From positions 216,377-248,376 of the forward strand of contig JBJHCV010000002.1 of assembly GCA_050486225.1 (NCBI GenBank): a DNA stretch of 32,000 nt, in the 5' to 3' direction. Shown here in pieces: positions 1 through 8,534 of the stretch. Position 1 is the first letter of the stretch, and every line of letters starts with the position of its first letter. Made by a program: the position numbers and the translations under genes. This DNA is from Nitriliruptoraceae bacterium. Its GTDB lineage: Bacteria > Actinomycetota > Nitriliruptoria > Nitriliruptorales > Nitriliruptoraceae. The notes beneath the pieces were generated by a model, which saw only the letters and a program-made list of their open reading frames with translations, did no database searches and was not told where the DNA came from.

Positions 1-947
1 GGCACTGCTGGGACCCCCGCCGGCGGCGTGCCGACCGGGCTCCACGTCGCGAGCACGGCGCGGATGGCCGTCACGGTGGCGAGCGGCTGGTCGAGCATGA
101 GGTGGTGGTGGGCCTCAGGCACCTCGACGAACGGCACCCCTGCGGCGCCTGCCGGCGAACCCTCGAGCAGTTCCGCCATGTAGTCACGGACGTTCTGGTC
201 CACGATCGCGGAGAGCGCTCCGTTGCAGATCGCGACCCGGCACGCGGCACGCGCGAGGTCCGGGGCGAATTCGCCCGGCGTCCTCGGCCCGCGGCGAGCC
301 GCGAAGACCGCGGGGTCGAACTTCCACGTCCAGCCCCCGCCGACCGGGCGCATGCTGTGGTGCGCCACGTGATCGAGCAGCCAGGTGTTCTCGCACGGCT
401 GGGGTGGCACGAGGTGGAAGTGCTCCCGAGCGGTTGCGCGGTCCGGGTAGGTCTTGGGGGCCCTGAGCATGCGCCCCGCACCGGAGTCGTCTGACTCGGG
501 GTCGGGACGGCGGATCGGGGTGTCGAGCACGATCACCCCGTCGAGCCTCGCGCCGTGACTGGCCGCGGCGACGACGGTGACGAAGCCTCCCATCGAGTGT
601 CCCACGACCACGGGCCGGCCGGTCCCGCCGGAGTGGTCCGCGACGGCGAGCACCTCGCGCACCCACTGCTGTGGGTGGTACTCGTCACGATGATCGCTGT
701 CGCCGTGGCCGGACAGGTCGATCGCCACGACACGATGGTGCTCGGCGAGCAGCGGTGCGAGTGCCTGCCACCAGCGAGCATGGGCCGCTCCCCCGTGGAC
801 CAGGACCAGCGTGGGCGCACTGCGCGAACCCCACGTCACGTGGTGGATCCGGGCACCGTCGACCATGACGGTCGCACACGTCCCGACGTCCCCGGCGGCA
901 CGCTGGAACCAGAGGGGCGCGGCTGCCAGGTCGACCTCGTCCGCCAT
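1..947 (-). CDS. alpha/beta-fold hydrolase (3' end runs off the left window edge)
   Basis: Absent from the ORF track because its stop lies outside the window. Manual reverse-strand translation from ATG (complement of 945-947) gives MADEVDLAAAPLWFQRAAGD...TLVLVHGGAAHARWW...VVVGHSMGGFV...EAHHHLMLDQP. I checked the first ~120 bases triplet by triplet and found no in-frame stop. It has an HGG oxyanion motif and a G-H-S-M-G-G nucleophile elbow (about 585-602). GAGGAG lies 5 nt upstream of the ATG. Confidence 0.8.
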   Translation of the reverse strand, partial: MADEVDLAAAPLWFQRAAGDVGTCATVMVDGARIHHVTWGSRSAPTLVLVHGGAAHARWWQALAPLLAEHHRVVAIDLSGHGDSDHRDEYHPQQWVREVLAVADHSGGTGRPVVVGHSMGGFVTVVAAASHGARLDGVIVLDTPIRRPDPESDDSGAGRMLRAPKTYPDRATAREHFHLVPPQPCENTWLLDHVAHHSMRPVGGGWTWKFDPAVFAARRGPRTPGEFAPDLARAACRVAICNGALSAIVDQNVRDYMAELLEGSPAGAAGVPFVEVPEAHHHLMLDQPLATVTAIRAVLATWSPVGTPPAGVPAV

Positions 948-1096
948 CGACGCTCCTCGAGTCCTGTCGAGTCCGCTCCCCCGGCCCTCGGTCCCCAGCC
1001 TACTGAGCGGGCGCATGGGACCGGTCCGTCGACTCCACGCACCTGGGGACGGCCGGAGGGATAGCGTCCGCCCGTCACCCCGCGAACGAGACTCTG

Positions 1097-2032
1097 ATGT
1101 CCAGCGCCCCGATGCGCGTCGAACGCTACGGCCCGGTCGAGGTCGTCCTGCTGGTCGTGCTGGCCTCGATGTGGGGGCTGTCCTTCCTGTTCGTCGAGGT
1201 GGCGATCACCGCGGTGGCACCGCTGTGGATCGTCAGCATCCGCACGGCTGTGGGCGGCCTGGTGCTGCTGGTCGCAGTCCTGGTGACCCGCACAGGCCTT
1301 CCGCGCGACTGGTCGACGTGGCGCCACCTCACGGTGCTCGCGGTGATGAACAACGCGGTGCCCTGGACCGCCATCGCGTGGGCCCAGCAGACGATCCCCT
1401 CGGGACTGACCGCGCTGCTGATGGCCCTGGTACCGACGAGCACCCTGGTGATCTCCGTGCTCGTCGGGCTCGAGCGGTTCACCGTGGCACGTGTCGTGGG
1501 ACTGCTGGTGTCTCTCGCGGGTGTGGCCGCGATCGTGCTCGACGACGTCTCGTCTCCGGGCAGGATGCTCAGCATCGCCGCGGTCGTCGCGGCGACCATG
1601 CTGTACGCGCTGAGCGGCGTGTACGCCAAGCGCATCCTGCAGGGACCGCTGCCCCCGCTGACGATCGCCACCGGGCAGGTCCTGTGCGCCTCGGTCATCA
1701 CGATGGCCACGAGCCTGCTGTTCGCCCCGGCACCAGACCTGGTGCTGCTCACCTGGCCCGTCGTCGCGTCACTCGCGTCCCTCGGCCTGTTCGGCACCGG
1801 GATCGCCTACATCATCCTCTACGCGCTGATCCACCGGGTCGGCCCCACCAACACCTCGATGGTCGCCTACCTCATCCCCGTGGTCGCGGTCATCGCCGGG
1901 ATCGTGGTGCTCGGCGAACGCCTGGGCGTCCGCGCGATGATCGGCGGTGCGCTGGTGATCGCCGGCATCTGGTTGTCACAGCGCACACGCACGCCCACCA
2001 CCGTGGAGCACCTCGGACAACGTCCGCGCTGA
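1097..2032 (+). CDS. EamA/DMT-family permease
   Basis: 311-aa ORF made almost entirely of hydrophobic helices, with two EamA-like halves ([13 protein letters not shown]..., ...[12 protein letters not shown]). Divergent from the hydrolase gene. Confidence 0.85.
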   Translation: MSSAPMRVERYGPVEVVLLVVLASMWGLSFLFVEVAITAVAPLWIVSIRTAVGGLVLLVAVLVTRTGLPRDWSTWRHLTVLAVMNNAVPWTAIAWAQQTIPSGLTALLMALVPTSTLVISVLVGLERFTVARVVGLLVSLAGVAAIVLDDVSSPGRMLSIAAVVAATMLYALSGVYAKRILQGPLPPLTIATGQVLCASVITMATSLLFAPAPDLVLLTWPVVASLASLGLFGTGIAYIILYALIHRVGPTNTSMVAYLIPVVAVIAGIVVLGERLGVRAMIGGALVIAGIWLSQRTRTPTTVEHLGQRPR

Positions 2033-2142
2033 CCCGGCGCGTCCACCCCGGGGCGGGCCTCGGCGCTCGGTACGATCCGGTCCTCCGGGTCGATCCGGGT
2101 CCACCCGGCGACACCTGCGACCGCGATTGCCGAGGAGTCCCT

Positions 2143-2634
2143 GTGGCCGCCCGTTCGTCGCTGGGTCGCCTCCGCCGACCCTGGTGGGGTCTGGCGGCGT
2201 TGCTCGTCGCCCTGGTGGTCGTCGCGATCGTGACGCCCGACCGCGGCTCCACGCTGCCGGCCGTCCTGCCCGTCGCCCTGGTGCTCGTCGCGGGCTCGGG
2301 CGCCGTCGCCGTCGTCCTGGCCATCCGCCGCGGCCTGATCCTGCACCGCCCTGCCGACGATGTCGAGGCCCTCACCGAGGTCCGGGGACGACAGGCGATG
2401 TCGCTGTCCATGGCGCTCGCTCCGGTCCTGTTGGGAGGTGCACTCGCGGTCGTGTTCGGACATCGAGCGACCCTCTTCGCGGCGGCGGCCGTCGGTGCCG
2501 CGGCGGTCGTCGCGGGACTGCCCAGCCGGACCACGTTCGCCCGTGTCGACGCCTCGTGGAGCGAGCGCGGAGTCGACGCATCGATCCTGCGGGCGCTGGG
2601 CAGCGAACCACCGGCATCCCCACCCTCTCCCTGA
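2143..2634 (+). CDS. hypothetical membrane protein (about 4 TM segments)
   Basis: In-frame internal GTG of track ORF 811..2634. The upstream ~440 codons are Arg/Pro/Gly-rich noise overlapping the EamA gene. GAGGAG at 2132-2137 precedes the GTG. Hydrophobic segments include [17 protein letters not shown] and [24 protein letters not shown]. No family recognised. Confidence 0.6.
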   Translation: MAARSSLGRLRRPWWGLAALLVALVVVAIVTPDRGSTLPAVLPVALVLVAGSGAVAVVLAIRRGLILHRPADDVEALTEVRGRQAMSLSMALAPVLLGGALAVVFGHRATLFAAAAVGAAAVVAGLPSRTTFARVDASWSERGVDASILRALGSEPPASPPSP

Positions 2635-2651
2635 GCCCCAGGAGCGCGCAC

Positions 2652-3704
2652 GTGCCAACGACCGATGCCATCCTCATCGTCTCCTTCGGCGGGCCCGAGA
2701 GTCCCGACGACGTCATGCCGTTCCTCGAACGGGTGGTCGAGGGACGCAACGTGCCCCGTGAACGCCTCGAGGACGTGGCCGAGCACTACTTCGCGCACGG
2801 TGGACGCTCTCCGATCAACGACCAGAACCGGGCGCTGAAGGCCGCGGTCGAGGCCCTGCTGGCCACCGACGGTCCGGACCTCCCCGTGTACTGGGGCAAC
2901 CGCAACTGGGATCCGCTGCTCGCCGACACCCTGCGGGAGATGCGTGACGACGGTGTCGAGCGCGCACTGTGCTTCGTGACGTCGGCCTACTCCTCGTACT
3001 CGGGCTGCCGCCAGTACCGCGAGGACCTGGCCTCGGCGGCCGCCGAGGTCGGCGACGGGGTCCCGGAACTGCTGAAGCTCCGGGTCTACAACAACCACCC
3101 CGGATTCGTGGAACCCAACGTGGACGCCGTCCTGGAGGCGCTCGCAGGGCTCGATCCCGACCTGCGCGACGACGCCCGGATCGTGTTCGTGACCCACTCG
3201 ATCCCGCTGACGATGGCACGACACAGCGACTACGAGGCACAGCACCTGGACACGTGCCGACTGGTCATGGACCGCGTCGGACCACGCCCGTGGGACCTCG
3301 TGTACTGCTCGCGTTCGGGTCCCCCACAGATCCCGTGGCTCGAACCGGACGTCAACGACCACCTCGAGGTGCTCGCCGGTGACGGGGTCCCTGCGGTGGT
3401 CGTGGCCCCGATCGGGTTCGTCAGCGACCACATGGAGGTGATCCACGACCTCGACGTGGAGGCACGCGAGACCGCCGACGAACACGGGCTCGCGTTCGTC
3501 CGTGCCGCGACGGTCGGCACCGATCCGCGGTTCGTGCGACTCGTACGAGACCTCGCCGTCGAACGCATCGAGGGCGAGGATCGACCCTGCCTGGGCCTCC
3601 GCGGGCCGGGACACGACCTGTGCCCGGTCGACTGCTGCCGGACCCCGGACCAGCCGCAGCGTGCGACCGTCAACGACGCGCCTGCCCCGCGGCGTCCGTC
3701 CTGA
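2652..3704 (+). CDS. hemH: ferrochelatase (coproporphyrin/protoporphyrin ferrochelatase), Fe-S-type C-terminus
   Basis: Internal GTG 2652 of track ORF 2127..3704, with AGGAG at 2640-2644 and a 7-nt spacer. Conserved ferrochelatase blocks are [32 protein letters not shown] and GFVSDHMEV. The C-terminal Cys cluster [17 protein letters not shown] resembles actinobacterial [2Fe-2S] ferrochelatases. Confidence 0.9.
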   Translation: MPTTDAILIVSFGGPESPDDVMPFLERVVEGRNVPRERLEDVAEHYFAHGGRSPINDQNRALKAAVEALLATDGPDLPVYWGNRNWDPLLADTLREMRDDGVERALCFVTSAYSSYSGCRQYREDLASAAAEVGDGVPELLKLRVYNNHPGFVEPNVDAVLEALAGLDPDLRDDARIVFVTHSIPLTMARHSDYEAQHLDTCRLVMDRVGPRPWDLVYCSRSGPPQIPWLEPDVNDHLEVLAGDGVPAVVVAPIGFVSDHMEVIHDLDVEARETADEHGLAFVRAATVGTDPRFVRLVRDLAVERIEGEDRPCLGLRGPGHDLCPVDCCRTPDQPQRATVNDAPAPRRPS

Positions 3705-3764
3705 CCGTGTGCCACACTCGCCCGATCACGTTGCCGTCCGCGCCACGTCCAGGGAGGCCACACG

Positions 3765-4034
3765 ATGAGTGACGATCCCCGAACCCCACGCCGAGGTCCC
3801 GCGGCCGTCGAGGCAGCCATCGACGAGTTCGAACTGCGCGAACGGGTCGACGAGACCGACCGCGCGCACCCGGACGCGATGCTCGACCTGTCGTGGGTGC
3901 GCGACCGCATCGACGTCGTGCGCCGGGCGGCCGACGCCGACATCGTCACGGCGGAGGAGGCCCTCGAGTGGATCGCCGCCGTCGTCGGCCGTGAACTGCC
4001 CGACACCCTCGACGAGGACCGGGACCGTGACTGA
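3765..4034 (+). CDS. hypothetical small acidic protein (89 aa)
   Basis: GGGAGG at 3752-3757 lies 7 nt before the ATG. Third-codon positions are strongly G/C, whereas the overlapping 3769..4044 frame is Ser/Thr/Arg-rich noise. No family recognised. Confidence 0.65.
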   Translation: MSDDPRTPRRGPAAVEAAIDEFELRERVDETDRAHPDAMLDLSWVRDRIDVVRRAADADIVTAEEALEWIAAVVGRELPDTLDEDRDRD

Positions 4035-4085
4035 CCGTGACTGACCACGCCCACCCGGCCGGGGCACGATGATCCTCCCGTCCCG

Positions 4086-4091
4086 TACCGT
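4086..4091 (+). promoter_or_regulatory. candidate -10 hexamer TACCGT, 6 nt upstream of ATG 4098 (leaderless-type)
   Basis: It fits the actinobacterial TANNNT -10 pattern. No SD lies between it and the ATG. Confidence 0.3.
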
Positions 4092-4097
4092 GTCCTG

Positions 4098-4775
4098 ATG
4101 GAACTGGTCCTGCTGCGTCACGCGCAGCCCGAGTGGGATCGTGGCGACATCGCGCAGGTCGATCCGGGTCTGACGACCGTCGGGGTCCGTCAGGCGCGAA
4201 TGGCCGCCCATCGACTCGGTGCCGAGCACTTCGACCGCCTGCTGATCTCGACCGCGCGTCGAGCGCAGCAGACCGCGGTCCCGGTGCGGCGTGCGCTGGC
4301 GCACGTCCAGACCGACGACCGCAAGTGGCTCCACGAGATCCGGATGCCCGCGGCATGGCAGGGAACCCCGTCCCAGGAGGTCAACCGCGCGCTGCGCGAC
4401 GCCCGGGCACGCACCCGGGAGGAGTGGTGGGAAGGCATGCCCGGTGGCGAGAACTTCCACGACTTCCACGCCCGTGTCACCATCGGCCTCGACACCGAGT
4501 TGGCCGAACTCGGGGCGAAGCGTGACGACCAGGGCCTGTGGACCATTCCCGACGAGCCCCTGCGCGTCCTGATGATCGCCCACGCCGGGACGAACTCGGT
4601 CGTGCTCGGCCACCTGCTCGGGCTCGAGCCCGAACCGTGGGAGTGGGAACGGTTCTCCTCGGACCATGCGTCGATCACCGTGCTGCGCGCCATCCCGATC
4701 TCGGTCGGCCACATCTTCAGCCTCCAGAGCTTCAGTGACGTCAGCCACCTACCACCGGAACTCGTCACCGGCTGA
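4098..4775 (+). CDS. histidine phosphatase family protein (phosphoglycerate-mutase-like)
   Basis: N-terminal LVLLRHAQPEW carries the RHG-type catalytic motif, with a later HAGTN segment. There is no SD; TACCGT (4086-4091) sits 6 nt before the ATG. Confidence 0.8.
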   Translation: MELVLLRHAQPEWDRGDIAQVDPGLTTVGVRQARMAAHRLGAEHFDRLLISTARRAQQTAVPVRRALAHVQTDDRKWLHEIRMPAAWQGTPSQEVNRALRDARARTREEWWEGMPGGENFHDFHARVTIGLDTELAELGAKRDDQGLWTIPDEPLRVLMIAHAGTNSVVLGHLLGLEPEPWEWERFSSDHASITVLRAIPISVGHIFSLQSFSDVSHLPPELVTG

Positions 4776-4826
4776 GCCGAAGGCGTCACGTCGGAGCACC
4801 CGACCCACCACCCGAAGGGGTCACGG

Positions 4827-6113
4827 TTGTCCACGAACATCCCCCAACCCTGGGGACCCGTCATCGAGGGCCGCGCCCGACGTCGCCGTCGGTTCCTTGT
4901 CCTCGCGCTCACCCTGCTCGTGGGTGTCCCGGTCCTCGCGGCGCTCGTCGGGCTCGGCGTCGGAGCCTGGGTCGGCTCACAGATCCCTCGAGCCCCCGTG
5001 GCGGAACTCGCCGACGGCGGACGGCCGATGCACGTGCTCGTGGTGGGTTCGGACAGCCGTGCGGGCCTGACGGAACAGGAGCGTCGTGAACTGACGACGG
5101 GGATGGTCGACGGGGAACGCGCCGACACGATCATGGTGATGACGATCGATCGTGGGCGCGTCGCGCTGCTCGCCCTGCCGCGCGACCTGTGGGTGACGAG
5201 GTGTGACGGCACCACGGGGAGGATCAACGCCGCCATCGCGATCGACGGCCTCGACTGCATGGTGCGCACGGTCCACAACGCGACGGGTATCCGGGTCCAC
5301 CACGTCGTCGAGGTCACCTTCGGGGGGTTCCGCGACGTCGTCGACGCCGTCGGTGGCGTCGAACTGTGCCTCGAGGAGGCGATCGCCGATCGAGACGCCG
5401 GCATCGACCTGCCGGCAGGCTGCCAGGTCCTCGACGGCGCCGACGCCCTGGGGTTCGTCCGAGTGCGCAAGATCGACGACGACTTCCGGCGCATCGAACG
5501 CCAGAAGCAGTTCGTCGCCGCACTCGCCCGCGAACTGACGTCACCAGCCATGCTCGTCAACCCGGTGCGCACGGTGCGGGTCGCACGCGACTCCGGCTCC
5601 GCGGTCACGGTCGACGACCGCATGGGCACGTTGTCGCTCGCACGGATCGCCTGGGGTCTGCGGACGGTCGCCGGGGGTGGTGCCTCCAGCCACGTGGTGC
5701 CCGTCACGCCGCGGACGACGTCGGACGGCGCCTGGGTGCTCGACCCGGTGGTGGCGGAGGCCGAACCGCTCTTCTCACGGTTCCGAACCGGAGCGATCCT
5801 GGACGACGTGGCACGGACGGACGCGGACGCCGCGCAACTCGCGCCTCACGACATCGACGTCGCGGTGCTCAACGGTTCGGGTGTCTCCGGCGCCGCTGGC
5901 CAGACCGCAGATCTGCTGAGTGGTGGGGGCTTCGTCGTCGTCGGGATCGACAACGCGCCCCTGCGTGCGACGTCGCTGGTCATGTACCCGCCCGGCCAGC
6001 GCGCTCACGCCGCGTTCGTGGCCGGGACACTGGGAATCGGCGAGTACGACGAGACCGACGCCGTGTCGGTCGTGACGGTGGTGCTCGGCGCCGACCACGG
6101 AGGTTCCTCGTGA
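4827..6113 (+). CDS. LytR-CpsA-Psr (LCP) family cell-envelope glycopolymer ligase with LytR_C domain
   Basis: TTG start, Arg-rich cytoplasmic stub plus one TM segment, then the LCP core (HVLVVGSDSRAG...RADTIMVMTID...ALPRDLWV...GFVRVRK). The C-terminal part (IDVAVLNGSGVSGAAGQTADLL...) is LytR_C-like. Confidence 0.85.
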   Translation: MSTNIPQPWGPVIEGRARRRRRFLVLALTLLVGVPVLAALVGLGVGAWVGSQIPRAPVAELADGGRPMHVLVVGSDSRAGLTEQERRELTTGMVDGERADTIMVMTIDRGRVALLALPRDLWVTRCDGTTGRINAAIAIDGLDCMVRTVHNATGIRVHHVVEVTFGGFRDVVDAVGGVELCLEEAIADRDAGIDLPAGCQVLDGADALGFVRVRKIDDDFRRIERQKQFVAALARELTSPAMLVNPVRTVRVARDSGSAVTVDDRMGTLSLARIAWGLRTVAGGGASSHVVPVTPRTTSDGAWVLDPVVAEAEPLFSRFRTGAILDDVARTDADAAQLAPHDIDVAVLNGSGVSGAAGQTADLLSGGGFVVVGIDNAPLRATSLVMYPPGQRAHAAFVAGTLGIGEYDETDAVSVVTVVLGADHGGSS

Positions 6114-6601
6114 CCACACGCACACCGGTGCTCCTGGCCGTCTGCCTCGGCAACATCTGCCGCTCGCCCACGGCAGAGGCGGCCCTGCGCGAGGCCGCCG
6201 AGCAGGCCGGCGTGACCGTCGAGGTGCGGTCGGCGGGCACGGGGTCATGGCACGTCGGCGCACCGCCCGACCCCAGGATGCAGGCCGCCGCAGCGGACGA
6301 CGGACTCCACCTGTCCGGAATCGCCGAACAGGTGACCGCGACGATGCTCGAAGAGGCCGACGTCGTGTTCGCCATGGACCGGTCGAACCTGTCGGACCTG
6401 CAACGCATGGCGCGCGACGTCGGCATCGACACACCCATCCACCTGTTCCGGGACTTCGACCCGCAACTGCAGGGCCAGACGGTCACAGCGGACGTGCCGG
6501 ATCCGTATTACGGTGGCCCCGACGGATTCGTCGACGTCGTCCGGATGTGCCGCCGGACGGCGCACACCGTCATCGGCCGCCTGGACGAACTGCTCGCCTG
6601 A
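6110..6601 (+). CDS. low-molecular-weight protein-tyrosine phosphatase
   Basis: Internal GTG 6110 of track ORF 5366..6601, overlapping the LCP stop as GTGA. GGAGG at 6099-6103. It has the P-loop VCLGNICRSPTAEA (CX5R-S) and the DPYYG general-acid motif. Confidence 0.85.
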   Translation: MTTRTPVLLAVCLGNICRSPTAEAALREAAEQAGVTVEVRSAGTGSWHVGAPPDPRMQAAAADDGLHLSGIAEQVTATMLEEADVVFAMDRSNLSDLQRMARDVGIDTPIHLFRDFDPQLQGQTVTADVPDPYYGGPDGFVDVVRMCRRTAHTVIGRLDELLA

Positions 6602-6684
6602 ACGAGCCCGGACTCCCGGTGCGCCGATCCGTCCCATCCGCTCACGGCGTGGGCACCACGTCGTGCCGCCCTGCGAGGTCCTCC

Positions 6685-7044
6685 ATGGGAATCGTCATCC
6701 GGGTGCTGATCAACGCGGCCGCACTGTGGGTCGCCATCGCCATCCTCGATGGCATCAATCTCGAGGGTGACTCGTTCGCGGCCCTGCTCGGCATCGCGAT
6801 CGTGCTCGGCGTCGTCAACGTCGTGATCCGGCCCCTGCTCGTCCTGCTGTCGCTTCCCCTGGTCGTCCTGACGCTCGGGATCTTCCTGCTGATCGTCAAC
6901 ACCGTGGCGATGTGGCTGGTGATCGTCATCTCCGACGCGCTCGGCTTCGGCCTGTCCAGCGCCGGGTTCGGATGGACGTTCGCCGCCGCGCTGGTCGTCT
7001 CGATCGTGTCCTGGCTGCTCGAGGCGTTCACCGGCCGACGCTGA
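6685..7044 (+). CDS. DUF360 / phage-holin-4_2 family small membrane protein
   Basis: Internal ATG 6685 of track ORF 6247..7044. The 119-aa product has 4 hydrophobic helices and the family-typical VNVVIRPLLVLLSLPLVVLTLGIFLLIVN block. Confidence 0.75.
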   Translation: MGIVIRVLINAAALWVAIAILDGINLEGDSFAALLGIAIVLGVVNVVIRPLLVLLSLPLVVLTLGIFLLIVNTVAMWLVIVISDALGFGLSSAGFGWTFAAALVVSIVSWLLEAFTGRR

Positions 7045-7423
7045 GACGCTCCAACGCGGTCACGAGTTCGTCGGGCGCACGAGTCGGACGCCCGTGCAGG
7101 TCGGTGATCGCCGAACGAAGGTCGTTGGTCGCGACGACCTCGTCACCACGGGTGAGCGTCTGCTGCCACCGCGACGACGCAGGACGGATCTCCACGACCT
7201 CGCTGCGCACGTCGAGTTCGTCGCCCGCAACCACCGCTCGCCGGAAGCACACGTCGACCCGTGCCACCACGAGCTGGAAGCCGAGCCGGGCGAGCCGCGG
7301 GAGCCCGACCCCCAGTTCCTCGAGCAGGTCGACTCGTGCCTGCTCGAACCAGTGCAGGTACACCGCGTGGTTGACGTGCCCGTACGGGTCGAGTTCGTGG
7401 AACCGCACCCGGATCCGGGTCAC
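7028..7423 (-). CDS. acyl-CoA thioesterase (hotdog fold, YbgC/4HBT-like)
   Basis: VRFHELDPYGHVNHAVYLHWFEQARV is the 4HBT catalytic-region pattern. The GTG start overlaps the ilvE stop (GTGA at 7420-7423). Confidence 0.8.
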   Translation of the reverse strand: MTRIRVRFHELDPYGHVNHAVYLHWFEQARVDLLEELGVGLPRLARLGFQLVVARVDVCFRRAVVAGDELDVRSEVVEIRPASSRWQQTLTRGDEVVATNDLRSAITDLHGRPTRAPDELVTALERLSVGR

Positions 7424-8442
7424 GCGCCCACCGCGAGCGTCCAGCCGTGCACGTCGTCGCGCAGCCCACGCTGGATGTCGTGGAGCACGGCGCGCAGCCG
7501 TTGCGTGACGACGCCGACCTCACCGTCGCCCACGGTGACTCGGTCACCGCCGATGACGAGCGTGCCCACCCCTGACAGCACCGCGGCCGTTCCGCTGAGC
7601 GCGGCCTCGCCGTGCGCGGCCCACGCCCGCAGTTCCTCGACCGTGACGTGTCGTTCCTCGACGGTCAGCCCGAGGTCACGGGCGAGGGTGAGCACCGAGT
7701 CACGCGTCACCCCGTGCAGGAAGGTCGCGTCCAGCGATCGAGTGACCACCCGCTCCTCGTCCAGCAGCAGGAAGTTCGCCGCCCCGGTCTCCTGCACGTC
7801 GCCACCCGGCGCGAACAGGATCTGGTCGGCGTCGTGCTCGGCCCGCGCCCGCAGCGTCGGGCCCAGGGCCATCGCGTAGTTGGCGCCGGTCTTGATCCGG
7901 CCGAACTGCGGCGTGGTGCGCGGCAGGTCCGTCTCGACGTAGAGGGTCAGCGGTCGCTGGCCACGGGCGAAGTAGTCCCCGACCGGGCTGGCCACCACGA
8001 TCAGCAACGCCTCGGACGACGGCGCTGCGGCGGCCCCGATGTTGGGTTCGGTCCCCAGCAGCACAGGACGCACGTACAGCGCTCCGGGCGCGTCGGGCAC
8101 GTGTTCGAGGTTCTCCGAGACCACCGCGGCGATCATGTCGAGCACGAGGCGTTCCCCGGGGTCGGGCAGGTGCAGGGAACGTGCCGAGGCGCACAGTCGC
8201 GCGGCGTGGGCATCGGCACGGAAGATCCGCACGACCCCATCGTCACCGCGATGCGCCTTGAGGCCCTCGAAGCAGGCACTGCCGTAGTGCAGTGCGTGTG
8301 CGAACGGGTGGAGCGCCAGCGGGCGGACCGGCTCGGCGCGCGGGGCGGTGAACACGCCGTCGACCGTCTCGGCGACGATCATGGTCGGCGCCTCGACGGT
8401 GCCGAACGGCGCCGTGGTCGACGCCGGGACGCTGCTGCTCAT
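7420..8442 (-). CDS. ilvE: branched-chain amino acid aminotransferase (class IV PLP enzyme)
   Basis: 340 aa with CFEGLKA (PLP-Lys), KTGANY, ETGAANFLLL and LHGVTRDSV blocks. GAGGAGG at 8449-8455 lies 6 nt before the ATG. Confidence 0.85.
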   Translation of the reverse strand: MSSSVPASTTAPFGTVEAPTMIVAETVDGVFTAPRAEPVRPLALHPFAHALHYGSACFEGLKAHRGDDGVVRIFRADAHAARLCASARSLHLPDPGERLVLDMIAAVVSENLEHVPDAPGALYVRPVLLGTEPNIGAAAAPSSEALLIVVASPVGDYFARGQRPLTLYVETDLPRTTPQFGRIKTGANYAMALGPTLRARAEHDADQILFAPGGDVQETGAANFLLLDEERVVTRSLDATFLHGVTRDSVLTLARDLGLTVEERHVTVEELRAWAAHGEAALSGTAAVLSGVGTLVIGGDRVTVGDGEVGVVTQRLRAVLHDIQRGLRDDVHGWTLAVGA

Positions 8443-8534
8443 CGGATGCCTCCTCGACGCGTGGGCGGAGGGTAGTCCGCGCCGGGGCCGAGTACCGTCC
8501 CCGGCCGGAGCCGTCCGGCCTGACAGGAGGACCC

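Noticed and set aside
811-2142. Long 5' extensions of track ORFs, for example 811..2634, 2127..3704, 5366..6601, 6247..7044, 13054..15534, 16097..17299, 18567..19226, 19766..21496, 25693..27000 and 11820..13553
   Set aside because: The extensions overlap neighbouring real genes, are low-complexity Arg/Pro-rich and lack an RBS. Internal starts with GGAGG-type sites coincide with the family N-termini.
1890-3614. 574-aa minus-strand ORF, along with similar long ORFs at 4190..5707, 8439..9842, 17383..18726, 17829..19133, 21277..22797, 29351..31201 and 13408..15417
   Set aside because: All lie antisense to genes with clear family signatures. They are Arg/Pro/Gly/Ser-rich with no recognisable motifs, which is the usual stop-codon-poor artefact of very GC-rich DNA. 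Only the last 46 codons of 13270..15417 were kept, as a separate small ORF.
6685-7044. Phage-holin-family gene as evidence of a prophage or lysis cassette
   Set aside because: It is an isolated DUF360-type gene with no endolysin, terminase, capsid or integrase nearby. This family is widespread as a chromosomal membrane protein.
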